From: Octopus vulgaris | Taxonomy: Eukaryota | Reading direction: 5' to 3' | DNA: 64,000 bases | Assembly: GCA_951406725.2 (NCBI GenBank) | Contig: OX597817.1 | Span: forward strand, 155,062,001 to 155,126,000 | Shown here: positions 51,821 through 64,000 of the stretch, in pieces | How the letters are laid out: each line of letters opens with the position of its first letter | How positions within the stretch are numbered: the stretch's first letter is position 1 | The notes under the pieces: model-generated | Databases searched by the model: none | What the model was told of the DNA's origin: nothing | What the model saw: only the letters and a program-made list of their open reading frames with translations | Program-made: the position numbers and the translations under genes

Positions 51821-54212
51821 CTCTGTTGGTTGCAACAATGAAGGTTCCAATGGAACACCCTGCAAGTGGCTGAGCACTCCACAGACACATGTACCCTTAA
51901 CGTATGATAGAATAAGTACTAGGCTTACAAAGAATAAGTCCTCGGGTCAATTTGCTCAACTAAAGGCAGTGCCCCAGCATGGTTGCAGTCAAGTAACTGA
52001 AACAAGTAAAAGAATTAAAACGCTGATGATAATGTTATTAAATAATTGGAAGAAGAGATTACAAGTGAGAGGTGTTGACTATTCCAACTGACCTAATGAT
52101 AAAGCTATGCTTATCATTATACAGACCAAATAAGGATAGGAACTGGCAGAATCATTAACTGGTTGGACAAAATGCTTAGCAGCATTTCTTCCTGCTCTTT
52201 ATATTCCAAGTTCAAATTCCACTGAGATCAGTTTTGCTTTTCATTTTTTCAGGTTGAGTAGGATAAGTACCAGTTGAGCACTGAGGTCAATGTAATTGAC
52301 TATCTCCCTTCCCTAAAATCTCTGGCTTTTGCTAAACTTTGAAACTGTCATTTTACAGACTGATCCTAGCCATTACAAGTTGACCTGGAAACAAAATAAG
52401 CTTGAAAACAAACCACAAAAATACAATAATGTGTTAGAAACTCTAATGATGATGATGATGGTGGGAGCAGAAATTTTTAATTCCATTTTATTGAATTATT
52501 TTGGCTTTTGGCTTAGATACAGAAACCACAAATCTATAGGAGATGGAAATGCAAGATTATAACCTGAAGATGCAAAAGTTCAGGAAAGAGATCAATAAAA
52601 GCTCCATTAAATAAATCAGAAATAGTGTTTCCTTTAAGGAGTCTATTGACCCAAGAAGTCATCCTCAATTTTAGTATTATTTGGCTTTAATTTGTAGCTA
52701 ATGTCAAAGTTATAACTAAGTCTTTTGGCTAAAAGATTCTTAAGGAGAGTATTTATTTTTTTCTTTTACTAGGGCAATGGATTGACACAGTCATTGAACA
52801 AAATACTCTGCAGTACTTCATCTCTTCATGTTCTGAGATCGAATCCTGCCAAGGTCAACTTTGACATTCATCCCTTTAGGGTTAATAAAATAAAGTAGCG
52901 GCCAAGTTATGGGCTCAGTGTAATTAAGCTACCCCTCCCCTCAAAACTGCTGTGACCTTGTGCCTAAATTAGAAGGAATTTAATTTACTCTTTTACTGGT
53001 TTGGGTCATTGCAATGTGGTTATGCTGGATTATTACAGTCAAAGCTTCAGTCAGCAGCGTTGAACCCTCTAGTACTTATTTATTGATTTCAGAGATATGA
53101 AAAGCAAAGCAGACCTAGGTCTGACCATCACAATCTCTCATTTTTAACTCTCTGCTAAATGATGGTCTTGTACCAAAGTTAGAGGCCATTATTAAGTATG
53201 TAATATAATTGAGTGGAAAAGGAATCGGATAAGTTTCCCTTTCTATGGGAAAGATAGAAGAATATATGGTCTTCAATGAGTGAAACTTTGGCAAAGGAGA
53301 CCAAGAAGTTATGTGAAACATTCCATAAGTAATATGGTCTAATTTAACCCTTTTGATACCAACCTGCATGAGACTGCCCCTATTTCTATAATATAAATTT
53401 GCTCTTTATTGAACTAAATTAAAACCTTCCCTCAAAATTCTGTGTCATTTTATGTCCCAAACACCAGCTTAAAAATGACTGAATTATTTTACTAGATTCT
53501 TCATATTTTCAGAATCAATTCCATGAGGGATGTAGTCTAACTTAACCCTTTTAATACCGGTTTAGCTGAAATTGTCCCTAGTTCTGTGACATAAACTTAC
53601 TGTTTTAACTAAGCTAAATTAAAACCTTCCTTCAAAATTCCATGTTATTTAGCTTAAAAGTGGCACCAGCCATATGATTCCAGGTTCAGTCCCACCGCGT
53701 GACACCTTGGGCAAGTGTCTTCTACTATAGCCTCAGGCAGACCAATGCCTTGTGAGTGGATTTGGTAGACGGAGACTGAAAGAAGCCCATCGTATATGTG
53801 TGTGTGTGCATTTGTATGTGTGTTTGTCCACCCCACCTACCATCGCTTGACAACCGATGCTGGTGTGTTTACGTCTCCGTAACTTAGCGGTTCAGCAAAA
53901 GAGACTGATAGAATAAGTACTAGGCTTACAAAGAATAGGTCCTGGGGTCGATTTGCTCGACTAAAGGCGTTACTCCAGCATGGCCGCAGTCAAATGACCG
54001 AAACAAGTAAAAGAGTATTTTCAAAATTAATTTAAAAAATTTTTTAAAGCAGTGCATTTTAACAGTAATATAGTAACAAAAGAGTTAAATGTTTTAAATT
54101 TGCTGAAACCTGAATAAAATAATGAAAGAAATCCTTTGAAAACAGCAAAAAACAGCTTACTTGAGATATTAACAATTAAAAATTTGCTATGTTTGTATGT
54201 TTTCCTGTTTAG

Positions 54213-54356
54213 GTTTTAGTCCTAGATTCACTAATTGCTTGGGCTGGAGTAATTGATGAGCTGGATTTCTCCAAACGTTTGAAATATTGGTCTAAACATG
54301 GTTTTCCAGAGCTGAATGATACCAAAGGAACTGTTTCCAGTTTTACGATCCAAGAG
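54213..54356 (+). CDS. Exon 5: ARH domain (VLVLDSLIAWAGVIDELDFSKRLKYWSKHGFPELNDTKGTVSSFTIQE)
   Basis: TTTAG acceptor, 48 codons, DFxxRLxxWxxxGFPEL motif, donor GAG|GTCTGT; phase 0-0. Not in the ORF track. Confidence 0.9.
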
Positions 54357-54707
54357 GTCTGTATTGTTTCCCTGACCCCTTGAAAATTTTCATTTCATTG
54401 AAACTAGAATTTGATGAGGTCTTGTTAAATCTCAACATGTATGAATTTTATATAATTATCAATTGTGTTACTGTTAGACTAGTACTAATACTAACTCTAA
54501 TTATTGCTAATTGATGGGAGTGGGGCCTGGTACAGCCTTCTGGCTTGCTAGCCCTCAGTCAAATCATCCAACCTATGCCAGCATGGAAAGCAGACGTTAA
54601 ACGACGACGATGATGATGATGAGGTCATCACTTGTAGATTATAAGCTAATGACAGTCTCTATGCTGTTGCTCAATCTGCTAGAAATAATTGCCAAACTTC
54701 CCACAAA

Positions 54708-55090
54708 TCTTTATATATAAAAGTGAAGTTGTGTGTCTGTCTGTCTCCTACGATTTAGATTCCTAACTACTCCCACATTTTGTGGTGCAGTTTAACCAAA
54801 ACCGGGTATCTTATAGTCGTGATTCATATCGAGCCCTTCTGAGTATTAGCACACGTCTACGATTTTAAAAAAATTTACCATCATTTTTTTCCATTTTAAT
54901 GCATTTTTCGCTATTATATAAGGGAAGTAACTCTCTAAAAATGTCTATGATGAGTCAACGATTTAAAAAAATTTACCATTTTTTTTCCATTTTTAATGCA
55001 TTTTTTGCTATTTTTTGGCTATAACTCTCTAAAAATGCTTATATAGTTATTTCCCTTACAAACCCGAGCAACGCCGGGCAATACTGCTAG
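54708..55090 (+). mobile_element. Non-autonomous Helitron (same family)
   Basis: A|TCTTTATATATAAAAG ... CCCGAGCAACGCCGGGCAATACTGCTAG|T. Confidence 0.85.
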
Positions 55091-55435
55091 TGCTCTATAA
55101 AAAAAGAAGTATATTTTGAGTAAAATATATTTCTTTACTACCCATAAGGGGCTAAACACAGGGGACTAACAAGGACAGACAAACGGACTAAGTCGATTAC
55201 ATCAAACCCAGTGCGTAACTGGTACTTAAGTTATTGACCCCGAAAGGATGAAAGGCAAAGTCGACCTCAGTGGAATTTGAACGCAGAATGTAACGGCAGA
55301 CGAAATACGGCTACGCTTTTCGCCCAGCGTACTAACGTTTCTGCCAGCTCGCCCGCCTAGTGATAGTGATAGTAAATCTCTTACATTTTAAATAGAATAG
55401 AATATATTGTTTTTAAAATGTCTTTATATTTGAAG

Positions 55436-55622
55436 GTCCTCAAACAGCAGTCCTTTGAGGATGACCCACATTTAGCAGCTGAAGCTGTTTTACAAGAGGG
55501 CTATCTTCAAGACCCCATCAACTCTACAACAGAAAACTGCACTTTGAACCCTTGCATAATCACTCCACCAGATGAATATTTCTTCAATGACAACTCAGCT
55601 GTTGTCCGAGCTGCTGTCCTAG
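55436..55622 (+). CDS. Exon 6: ARH domain (VLKQQSFEDDPHLAAEAV...NDNSAVVRAAVL-G)
   Basis: TGAAG acceptor, FxxDPHxAA and NSAVVR (NGAxMR-equivalent) motifs, donor AG|GTAAAC; phase 0 in, 1 out. Confidence 0.9.
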
Positions 55623-58084
55623 GTAAACCTGTTATGTCATGATTCTACTCCATACCTCTTGATGAAACCCTAATTACAGTTTTAATTTAAGGTCCTGTAG
55701 AGACAATATACTTATGTCAGGCGGTTTTTGACATTAATATATTAATTCCCCCTATTGAGGCATAAGTGAATCCAAATGCCTAGTTTTCAGTAATGCTACA
55801 GTGTTAAAGATGATGTCATATATGAACACAAGGTCAGGGATTTATAAATGAGGACTAGAGATAATTGAATGAACCCTAGTATGTGATTACCACCACAAAG
55901 TCCAGTCCTCGTTGCAGTATTGTGGTTTATGTGCGCCTCAATGAATCTGAGAGCTATGCCAAGAGAGCGTCATAAAGGGAAGCAACTTTGCTTGAATTAA
56001 TAGCAATATTTTGATGGCAAACTAAATTTTCTTTTTCTTTCAAAGATGGGTATCTGTACTTGATTCGTTAGACTGAGTAACATCTCCCTGAAATTAAAAC
56101 TTGATCTTACAAGTTGAACCTCTTACTACCTCATGTGTTGAATGTTGGTTGTTCAACCAGTTCAAAATTACATAACTTGTACAGGAAAATAATTGAAGTC
56201 TTTACATGGAGGTATGATAGAAAGGTTTCTTCTCTCTTCAAAATGTGGCCTGATATGCATAGTACCACAATCATTATATGCCAGGTCTTTGTGTCTTCTT
56301 ATGCGGGGTTGCTTTTCCTTCTGTCTTTCAGAAACCAGATATATTTCAAAAGGAATGTTATATTACATTTATATCAAGACCTCAATAAATGTGTGTGTTG
56401 TGTGAATCTAGCTTTAAATGCATTCTCAGCTAACCTGAAATGTTTTTACTATATCGTTTGCTAATTCTATATATGCTTCTTGTGCTATTTCTTTTGACAG
56501 GCTTATGTCGTGTGTGTGTGTGTGCATGTAATGTTTCTGGTTTCTTATCTTGCTTTTTATTGTCTAATGTCTAGAGGGTGATGATTAATTTAATGCTCTT
56601 AATGTATTTTCTGTGTTGCTTTCTTTTGTTAAGGATTTGTTGTATGTAGGATATTATTGTCCCTGCCATTATAATTTTAGTGCATTTACCCACAAAGCAA
56701 GATATATGTAAGATAGCTGAAGGAACTAAGTCATAAATTCAAATCCAGTCTATGTGCTTCATTGTCTCTGGACAGGGCACTTTATTCTACATTACTAGAG
56801 TTTATCCTAGATTTTGGAATAAGCTCTAAATTATCTAGGTAGATCACCTATGTAGATTAGGCACCTATCTAGAGAAGATTTATGGCACGTAAAAAGCACC
56901 ATCCGATCGTGGCCATTGCCAGCCTCGCCTGGCCTCCATGCCGGTGGCACATAAAAAGCACCATCCGATCATGGCCGTTTGCCAGCCTCGTCTGGCACGT
57001 AAAAAGCACCCACTACACTCATGGAGTGGTTGGCGTTAGGAAGGGCATCCAGCCGTAGAAACATTGCCAGATCAGACTGGGCTTGGTGCAGCCTTCTGGC
57101 TTCTCAGACCCCAGTTGAACCGTCCAACCCATGCCAGCATAGAAAGCAGACGCTAAACGATGATGATGATGATAATCTGTTGTGTTTCTGGATCTGTGAC
57201 ATTATTCTACACTACCTCATTTAATCCTTGCCACTGAGGGAAGAGATTCTAGATTACCTGGATATGTTACCTGTGATAAACTGATATCATACTCAGGGGT
57301 GTATTTATGTCATTCACTTTACATCATTAAACCAGAGCCAAGCACTGACCCTGAAAAGCTCCTCAAGATTCAGGTGGCATTTCACTTTTAATGTTCCATT
57401 CAAAGATGGTAGGTTGGCAGAATTGTTAGAGTAGTTGTAAAAGTGCCCAGTAGTGTTTAGTTATGATCCTTTATGTTCTGAGTTCAAACTATGTTGAGGT
57501 CAATTTTGTCCTTCATCTTTCCAGGATCAATGAAATAGAGTACAAGTCAAATACTGGGTGTCAATATAATTGACTCTATCTCTCCCCCAAATCTGAGGCT
57601 GTATGCCCTATTTTATAAATCGGTATAGTTACAGTTTAGCACATTTTCAGAGAGGGGAAATGATGATAAAATAAAGAAGAGAGGTGTGGAGCATGATAAA
57701 GATAAGTTAAACCTATGTCTAATCAGGCTTCTAGAACCAACTTGAGTGAAGACTGAGAGAGGAAGCAACTACCTGGTAACAGAGTAACAATAGTGAGCAT
57801 TTTCACCGGTAGATAGCTGAAGTTGGTCTCTAGCAGTAATTACTTGGGGGTTCACAAGACAACAAGAAAATCTCTACATGGTCACTTGATCTACTTGATT
57901 GTAACTAAATCTCCTCCAAATTACACTTTACTGTCTTTAAGAAAATAACACTCTGGCTGATGCAGTTCTAGATAACTGAAAAAATAAGAATGGATGGTCA
58001 TGATCAAATGCATTTGATCAAACGTCTGCTCAGTCAGATTTGACCTAGGGCTAAATAACAGTAACACTTGGAGGGTTCATAATC

Positions 58085-58416
58085 TGAGACCCCCTTCGGT
58101 CACGACACAGACCATGGGATTGCACCTCGAAAGTTACCCTTCTAGGCACAAGTCTGGGCAAGGTTGTTTATGGAAGACCAGCAGTCGCCCATGCATACCG
58201 GCCTCCCCTCCATGCCACCAGTGTTATCCAAGGGAAATACAACGGCCGATACAGCTTGGCACCTTTGTCGCAACTCATTTCTACAGCTGAGTGAACTGGA
58301 GCAATATGAAATAAAGTGTCTTGCTCAAGAACACAACACGCAGCCCGGTCCAGGATTCGAGCTCACAACCTCACGATCGTAAGCTCGATGCTCTAACCAC
58401 TGAGCCATGCACCTTC
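58085..58416 (-). mobile_element. Third tRNA-SINE family (also ~2460-2770, 11660-11800, 45148-45487)
   Basis: Minus strand GCATGGCTCAGTGGTTAGAGC..GCTCGAATCC tRNA head then GTGTTCTTGAGCAAGACACTTTATTTCA..GCTCCAGTTCACTCAGCTG core. Confidence 0.8.
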
Positions 58417-58576
58417 ATTAAGCGGGGTTCATATCTTACTGATAAATGAACACTTGTGGCTGTGTTTTGATTCATTGGTTCAACAAGAGAATAGCTTCTT
58501 GGAATTTAAATGATTAACAGTTAAGACAGGTGATACAGTTTGTAGACAGGTAGATGAGTTAGATAAGTGGGAGACT

Positions 58577-58803
58577 TAACCCCTTAGCATTTAAACTAGC
58601 CATATCCAGCTCAATTATCCCACCCATTTTATGTTAAAACCAGCCATATCAAACCTCACACACATACCCTACAATGTCATTCTAAAAATAAACAATCACA
58701 TCATCAAAATTTCAAAGCTATGAGATAATGCATGATTAATTCAAATCAACGTGAATAAATAAGCATTACACTAGACAGAGTAATCTGGATGCTGAAAGGT
58801 TAA
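58577..58803. mobile_element. Second piggyBac-like MITE family (also ~16881-17070, ~48202-48394)
   Basis: TTAA-CC..TTAGCATT start, ...ATGCT(G/A)AAGG-TTAA end, shared internal ACAATGTCATT..AATCACATCATCAAAA in three copies. Confidence 0.65.
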
Positions 58804-58964
58804 ATTTTTTAATGTTAAATAATTGGGTGACCTCAGACTTTAGGCTGTAGGGTGCTGGCTACTCCTTTGTCCCAAGGAAGGGTTGATTCAAAGATAGAAT
58901 TTATGATAAACAATAGAAAATAAACAAATACTGAGTAAACATTTGGATTTGTACCTTATTGCAG

Positions 58965-59095
58965 GTGTCCCTTTTTTCTATAATCTGTCTGAAGTTGCCA
59001 ACAATTCTGTACGCATATGTCGCTCGTCTCACAATCACCCAGAATGCATTGCTTCCTGTATTGCCATTACTGTTATTATTGCTTTACTGTTACAA
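58965..59095 (+). CDS. Exon 7: ARH domain (GVPFFYNLSEVANNSVRICRSSHNHPECIASCIAITVIIALLLQ)
   Basis: TTGCAG acceptor; 'ICRSSHNHPEC' matches the ARH THxxP motif position; donor CAA|GTAAGT; phase 1 in, 0 out. Confidence 0.92.
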
Positions 59096-59554
59096 GTAAG
59101 TACCTGGTTTTTTGTTTTGTTGTTATTAAACCACTTGTCTTAACTATTGCTCATAGCATGGGTTAGCTGTTAGTTAGAATTTAGACATTTGTGTTAATAT
59201 CTATTGAAAATGACATCTCTCCAAGTAAGGATGGTATCAGACGACTGACTCGAACTGTTGGTGGTTTATACTGTATGCAGTGGTATAGCTTATAGGGGAG
59301 CAAGGGGAGTGACCACACCCTGCCAAGCACATTTTCAAAATTGGCACCTTTCCAGCAATTTTCTTTTAACACTTTAGTTCACTTGTGTGATAACAGTCAA
59401 ATCTTTTTTTTTAATCTCGCGACCTTGGAAGAACTTCTTAGTCATTATTTTATTTGACCAACCTCCAGTGTTTTTTAACTGTCCGCTCAGTTTCCCGTAA
59501 TGCGTAAGTTGCCACTGACATCTGAAGAACCAAAACAAACCCTAAAGCTCAAAA

Positions 59555-59794
59555 AAGCTCTATCTGCGACGATTTCATCTCAATTGAAGGAGAGGTGCTT
59601 TCTCCGTCCGGGTTGCGGATCCATGGAATAGGCTGCCGGACAAGATAGTGAAGATGCCGATGACCACTCGGTTCAAACTCTCTCTTGACCAGAAATGGCC
59701 TGAACTCTTTGCATGAACACCCTCCCTGTACATAACTCCTAATCCCCCTACATGGCCTTGCTTTTTGAGCCAAAAAATTAACTTAACTTAAACT
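59555..59794 (+). mobile_element. CR1-clade LINE 3' end (second family)
   Basis: KLYLRRFHLN*RRGAFSVRVADPWNRLPDKIV..FKLSLDQKW, short UTR, (AACTT)n tail. Confidence 0.8.
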
Positions 59795-60433
59795 CTGACG
59801 TCATAACCTTTTGACATTGGACAATCTCATAAAGTTTCATCGTTTTCAAATCACACCAATGTCAGTAGTTCTAAGTTTCATACATAATGATATTGTCACT
59901 GCAACATGAAATTAATGAATGTAGAGACTACAATCTCATGTATTATGACTAATGAAATACTTCATGTAATATAAGAGAAATTAGTTTTTAAATGTTTGGT
60001 GTGTGTTGTGGCGCTTTTTTGCTTATGTGCCCCACTCCCGCTAACTTTAGAACCTGTCTATGTTACTTGTTGTATGACCAGTACTATGCCAGGCCCTTAA
60101 CTAAGTCATTTAAGCCTTGATAGCACAGTTGGTCTTACTGCAAATATATATATATCATAGTATGATATGGTTCACTATTTTATTGGAGAGAAGTAATATG
60201 TTATTGGTGTCAGCTTTTGTCATCTGGGTTTAAATCTCCAAGTGCGAAGCATGTGTACTAGAAATGATAATTTCTGTTGAAAACAATTAAATATGAAATG
60301 GTTTTAGCTGGAAACCTTAATAGAGTGGTTTATTTGATCCTATGCTTCTATACCTTATAGCTGAGTGGGGTAACCCAACAAAAACTCTAGATTTTCTTTC
60401 ATAACGCTAAATTAACTTCTGTTCTTTGTACAG

Positions 60434-60570
60434 GGTTCTCATGACTTGAACAATATGGGGTCTGTCCGAGCCCTATTAAACACATCTGCTTTCCATGCCA
60501 ATCCATATTTAAAAACTGATGAACAAAGCAATGAATTTGAGTCGGTTTTAAGTGTTACATCTTTAAAAAG
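60434..60570 (+). CDS. Exon 8: ARH domain (GSHDLNNMGSVRALLNTSAFHANPYLKTDEQSNEFESVLSVTSLK-S)
   Basis: TACAG acceptor, open frame, donor AAG|GTAAGT; phase 0 in, 2 out. Confidence 0.85.
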
Positions 60571-61294
60571 GTAAGTATATAATTGCAAAGCAAGCTTCTT
60601 AACCACACAGCTTACTTTTGGCAATAGGTCGGGTGAGTAGATTTGGTAGACAGAAGCTGAAAGAAGTCCATAATGTGTGTGTGTGTGTCCTTGTCTGACA
60701 TCATGTTCTGCCATGGGTTAAAATTACCTTACTAGGAAAAAAATAAGGGTTGGCACCAGGAAAGGTCTCTGGTTGTAGAAAATCTGTCTCAGTATATTTC
60801 AACCAGCCCTAGCAAGCAGGGAAAAGTAGATGTTAATGATAATGATGAACATAATTTTAAGTGTCAAAAAAAAAATTAAGTTTGGATCAGCTTGCTACAG
60901 ACTATGTAAGAAGAGGATGATAGCCTTGTTTTATTGCAAAATTTAAATGGTTTGGAATTAGAATTGAATGCTTGCAGCACAGTAATATATCCAATTCATT
61001 GTATAAAATAGTTATTTTTATGAAGGGCATCCAGTCGCAGAAGCCCTGCAAAAATACTATGTACAAGTGAGATGTGAACCTCAGAGCTGTTACAAACAAG
61101 AACTCACTGAGATCATGGCAATCCATTTAACCCATGCCAGTATGGAAAGTGAACATAAAAATAATGCTGAGAATCAAAGTTGTAAAAGCAAAAAAAAATT
61201 TTTTTTTTAATAGATAAAAATAACGATTTTGCTTCTATGCTAAAAAAAAAAAGTTGATTTTTTTTTTTTTTTTTTTTTTTTTTTCTTATTGCAG

Positions 61295-61384
61295 TTTGAA
61301 CATTCGTGAGGAGAAAAAAATGACACATACTTATAAACCTTTGGGATGTGCTGCACTTGCTGTGAAAACCACAAAAGGATACAG
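61295..61384 (+). CDS. Exon 9: ARH domain (LNIREEKKMTHTYKPLGCAALAVKTTKGY-R); gene continues beyond window
   Basis: Long poly-T + GCAG acceptor, 90 nt, xTYKxLG motif typical of this ARH subfamily, donor CAG|GTGAAT; phase 2-2. No further exon recognised before 64000. Confidence 0.87.
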
Positions 61385-61910
61385 GTGAATTTTTGTTTTT
61401 AGCTTAAGGTCTGTCTCACAATATAAATTTTATTTCAAGGCAGCAAGCTGGCAGAATTGTTAGAACACCAGACAAAATACTTAGTGGAACTTCATCCCAT
61501 TTTTATGTTCTGAGTTCAAAATCCACTGAGGTCAACTTTGCCTTTTATTCTTAGTAGGTTGCTAAAATAAGTACCATCTGGGCACCAGGTCACAGTAATT
61601 GACTAACTCCATCCTCCCTAAATTTCAGGCCTTGTGCCTATAGCTGAAAGGATTATATATTTCCACTTATAATCTCTGAATAGCCCGACTAAGGTTTTCA
61701 CCTAAGCTCATCTGTAAGTCATTTCATAAACCTTTTGGGTTAATACAGTTATCATCATCATCGTTTAGCGTCCATTTTCCGCGCTAGCACGGGTTGGACG
61801 GTTCGACCGGGGTCTGGGGAGCCAGAGGCTGCACCAGGCTCCAGTCTGATCTGGCAGTGTTTCTACAGCTGGATGCCCTTCCTAACGCCAACCACTCCGC
61901 GAGTGCTGTG

Positions 61911-62540
61911 GGTGCTTTTTATGTGCCACCGGCACAGAAGCCAGTCGAGGCGGTGCTGGCATCAGCCACGTTTGGATGGTGCTTTTTATGTGCCACTGGC
62001 ACAGAAGCCAGTCGAGGCGGGGCTGGCATCGGCCACGTTCGGATGGTGCTTTTTATGTGCCACCAGCACAGAAGCCATTTGAGGCGGGGTTGGCATCGGT
62101 CACGTTCGGATGGTGCTTTTTATGTGCCACCGGCACAGAAGCCAGTCGAGGCGGTGCTGGCATCAGCCACGTTTGGATGGTGCTTTTTATGTGCCACTGG
62201 CACAGAAGCCAGTCGAGGCGGGGCTGGCATCGGCCACGTTCAGATGGGGCTTTTTATGTGCCACCGGCGCACAAGCCATTCGAGGCGGGGTTGGCATCGG
62301 TCACGTTCGGATGGTGCTTTTTATGTGCCACCGGCACAGAAGCCAGTCGAGGCGGCACTGGCAACGGCCACGTTCGGATGTTGCTTTTTATGTGCCACCG
62401 GCACAGAAGCCAGTCAAGGCGGGGCTGGCATCGGCCACGTTCGGATGGTGCTTTTTATGTGCCACCGGCACAGAAGCCAGTCGAGGCGGCACTGGCAACG
62501 GCCACGTTCGGATGTTGCTTTTTATGTGCCACCGGCACAG
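61911..62540 (-). repeat. 67-bp minisatellite (9 units + partial) attached to RTE-type tail 61751-61910
   Basis: Unit GGTGCTTTTTATGTGCCACCGGCACAGAAGCCAGTCGAGGCGGGGCTGGCATCGGCCACGTTCGGAT starting 61911, 61978, 62045... Confidence 0.93.
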
Positions 62541-62995
62541 TTAGTAATATGATAATTTAGAGACAAATCACTTCTTGATAGAATACTAGTCTTTCATAGA
62601 GAATAATAGTTGCAAGCATGGCTAAGAAGTTTTCTGTTCAACTACATCGTTTTTGTGTTCAGTCATACTGCAAGGCACCTTGGACAAGTGTCTTTGACTC
62701 CATCCCTGGGTTGACCAAAGCCTTCTCAGTAGATTTTCTACATGGAAACTGAACAAAAGCCAGTTGTATGTGTGTGTGTGTGTACATACTCTTTTTTTTT
62801 TACTCTTTTACTTGTTTCAGTCATTTGACTGCGGCCATGCTGGAGCACTGCCTTTAGTCGAGCAAATCGACCCCGGGACTTATTCTTTGTAAGCCCAGTA
62901 CTTATTCTATCGGTCTCTTTTGCCGAACCGCTAAGTGACGGGGGCGTAAACACACCAGCATCGGTTGTCAAGCAATGCTAGGGGGACAAACACAT

Positions 62996-63054
<59 letters not shown>

Positions 63055-64000
63055 TATATACGACAGGCTTCTTTCAGTTTCCGTCTACCAAATCCACTCA
63101 CAAGGCATTGGTCGGCCCGGGGCTATAGCAGAAGACACTTGCCCAAGATTCCACGCAGTGGGACTGAACCCAGAACCATGTGGTTGGTTAGGAAGCTACT
63201 TACCACACAGCCATAATTAATTAATTATATCTTTTAAGTTCGTTTATGGCAAATGTTTTGAATATGCATATAAAAGTTCCTGTTCTATTAAGCTGGTTAC
63301 GACCTAATGATTCCAGTTTTTTGGGGTCGCACTGAGCTGTGCCAATATATTGTAGGATAAATGTAGTAATAATCATAGTAATAATCCTTAGATGGAATTT
63401 ATAAATATTTTAATGAATCACCATGTGATTTGTGGAAATGTGCGTAGTGATGCATTAAAATATTTATAAATTCTATCCAAGGATTATTGAACCATGCCAG
63501 CATGAAAAGCTCACATTAAATGATGATAATCCAATTTGCAAATTCGATGACTGGCACCCGTGCCAGTGGGGTGCTAATAGCACCATCCGAGCGTGATCGA
63601 TGCCAGAGCAGCTGACTGGTTTCCGTGCCGGTGATACGTAAAAAGCACCATTCAAACGTGATCGTTACCAGCGTCGCATACTGGCACTTGTGCCAGTGGC
63701 GCATAAAAAGAATTCGAGGGAGGTTGTTGCCAGTGTCACTGGACTGGGTCCTGTGCAGGTGGCACATAAAAAGCACAATTTGAGTGTGGCCGTTGCCAGT
63801 ACTGCCTGACTGGGCCTTGTGCCTGTGACACGTAAAAGCACCCACTACACTCTCAGAGTGGTTGGCATTAGGAAGGGCATCTGGCTGTAGAAACTCTGCC
63901 AGATCAGATTGGAGCCTGGTGCAGCCATCTGGTTTGCCAGTACTCAATCAAATCGTGCAACCCATGCTAGCATGGAAAGCGGATGTTAAACGATGATGAT

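Noticed and set aside
61794-62560. 252-, 194- and 144-aa repetitive ORFs; CRISPR-like periodicity
   Set aside because: 67-bp tandem without unique spacers, open in all three frames, eukaryotic context, no cas genes.

Overview
Eukaryotic, AT-rich, repeat-saturated DNA. The SINE families and (TA)n/(CA)n microsatellites look like an Octopus (coleoid cephalopod) genome. Almost all ORFs in the supplied track are repeat artefacts. One spliced + strand gene spans the window. I assembled 9 phase-consistent GT-AG exons (9661-9768, 24797-25426, 43089-43209, 50210-50385, 54213-54356, 55436-55622, 58965-59095, 60434-60570, 61295-61384; 1724 nt, ~574 codons, continuing past the window end). The product has a Met-Gly N-terminus, a ~6-unit leucine-rich repeat block, and an ADP-ribosylglycohydrolase (ARH/DraG-like) domain whose visible catalytic residues are replaced (WTDD->WTSN), suggesting an LRR-pseudo-hydrolase. 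The introns hold three tRNA-SINE families, RTE and CR1 LINE ends, non-autonomous Helitrons, and hAT, piggyBac, Tc/pogo and Merlin-like MITEs with intact TSDs. They also hold a set of short (TA)n-associated elements carrying minimal type I hammerhead ribozymes with palindromic stem III (four recognisable cores, two decayed loci). One has 160-bp direct terminal repeats; a ~102-bp hairpin element carries decayed motifs and a 64-bp perfect hairpin element shows none. These resemble Penelope-like/retrozyme-type retroelements.
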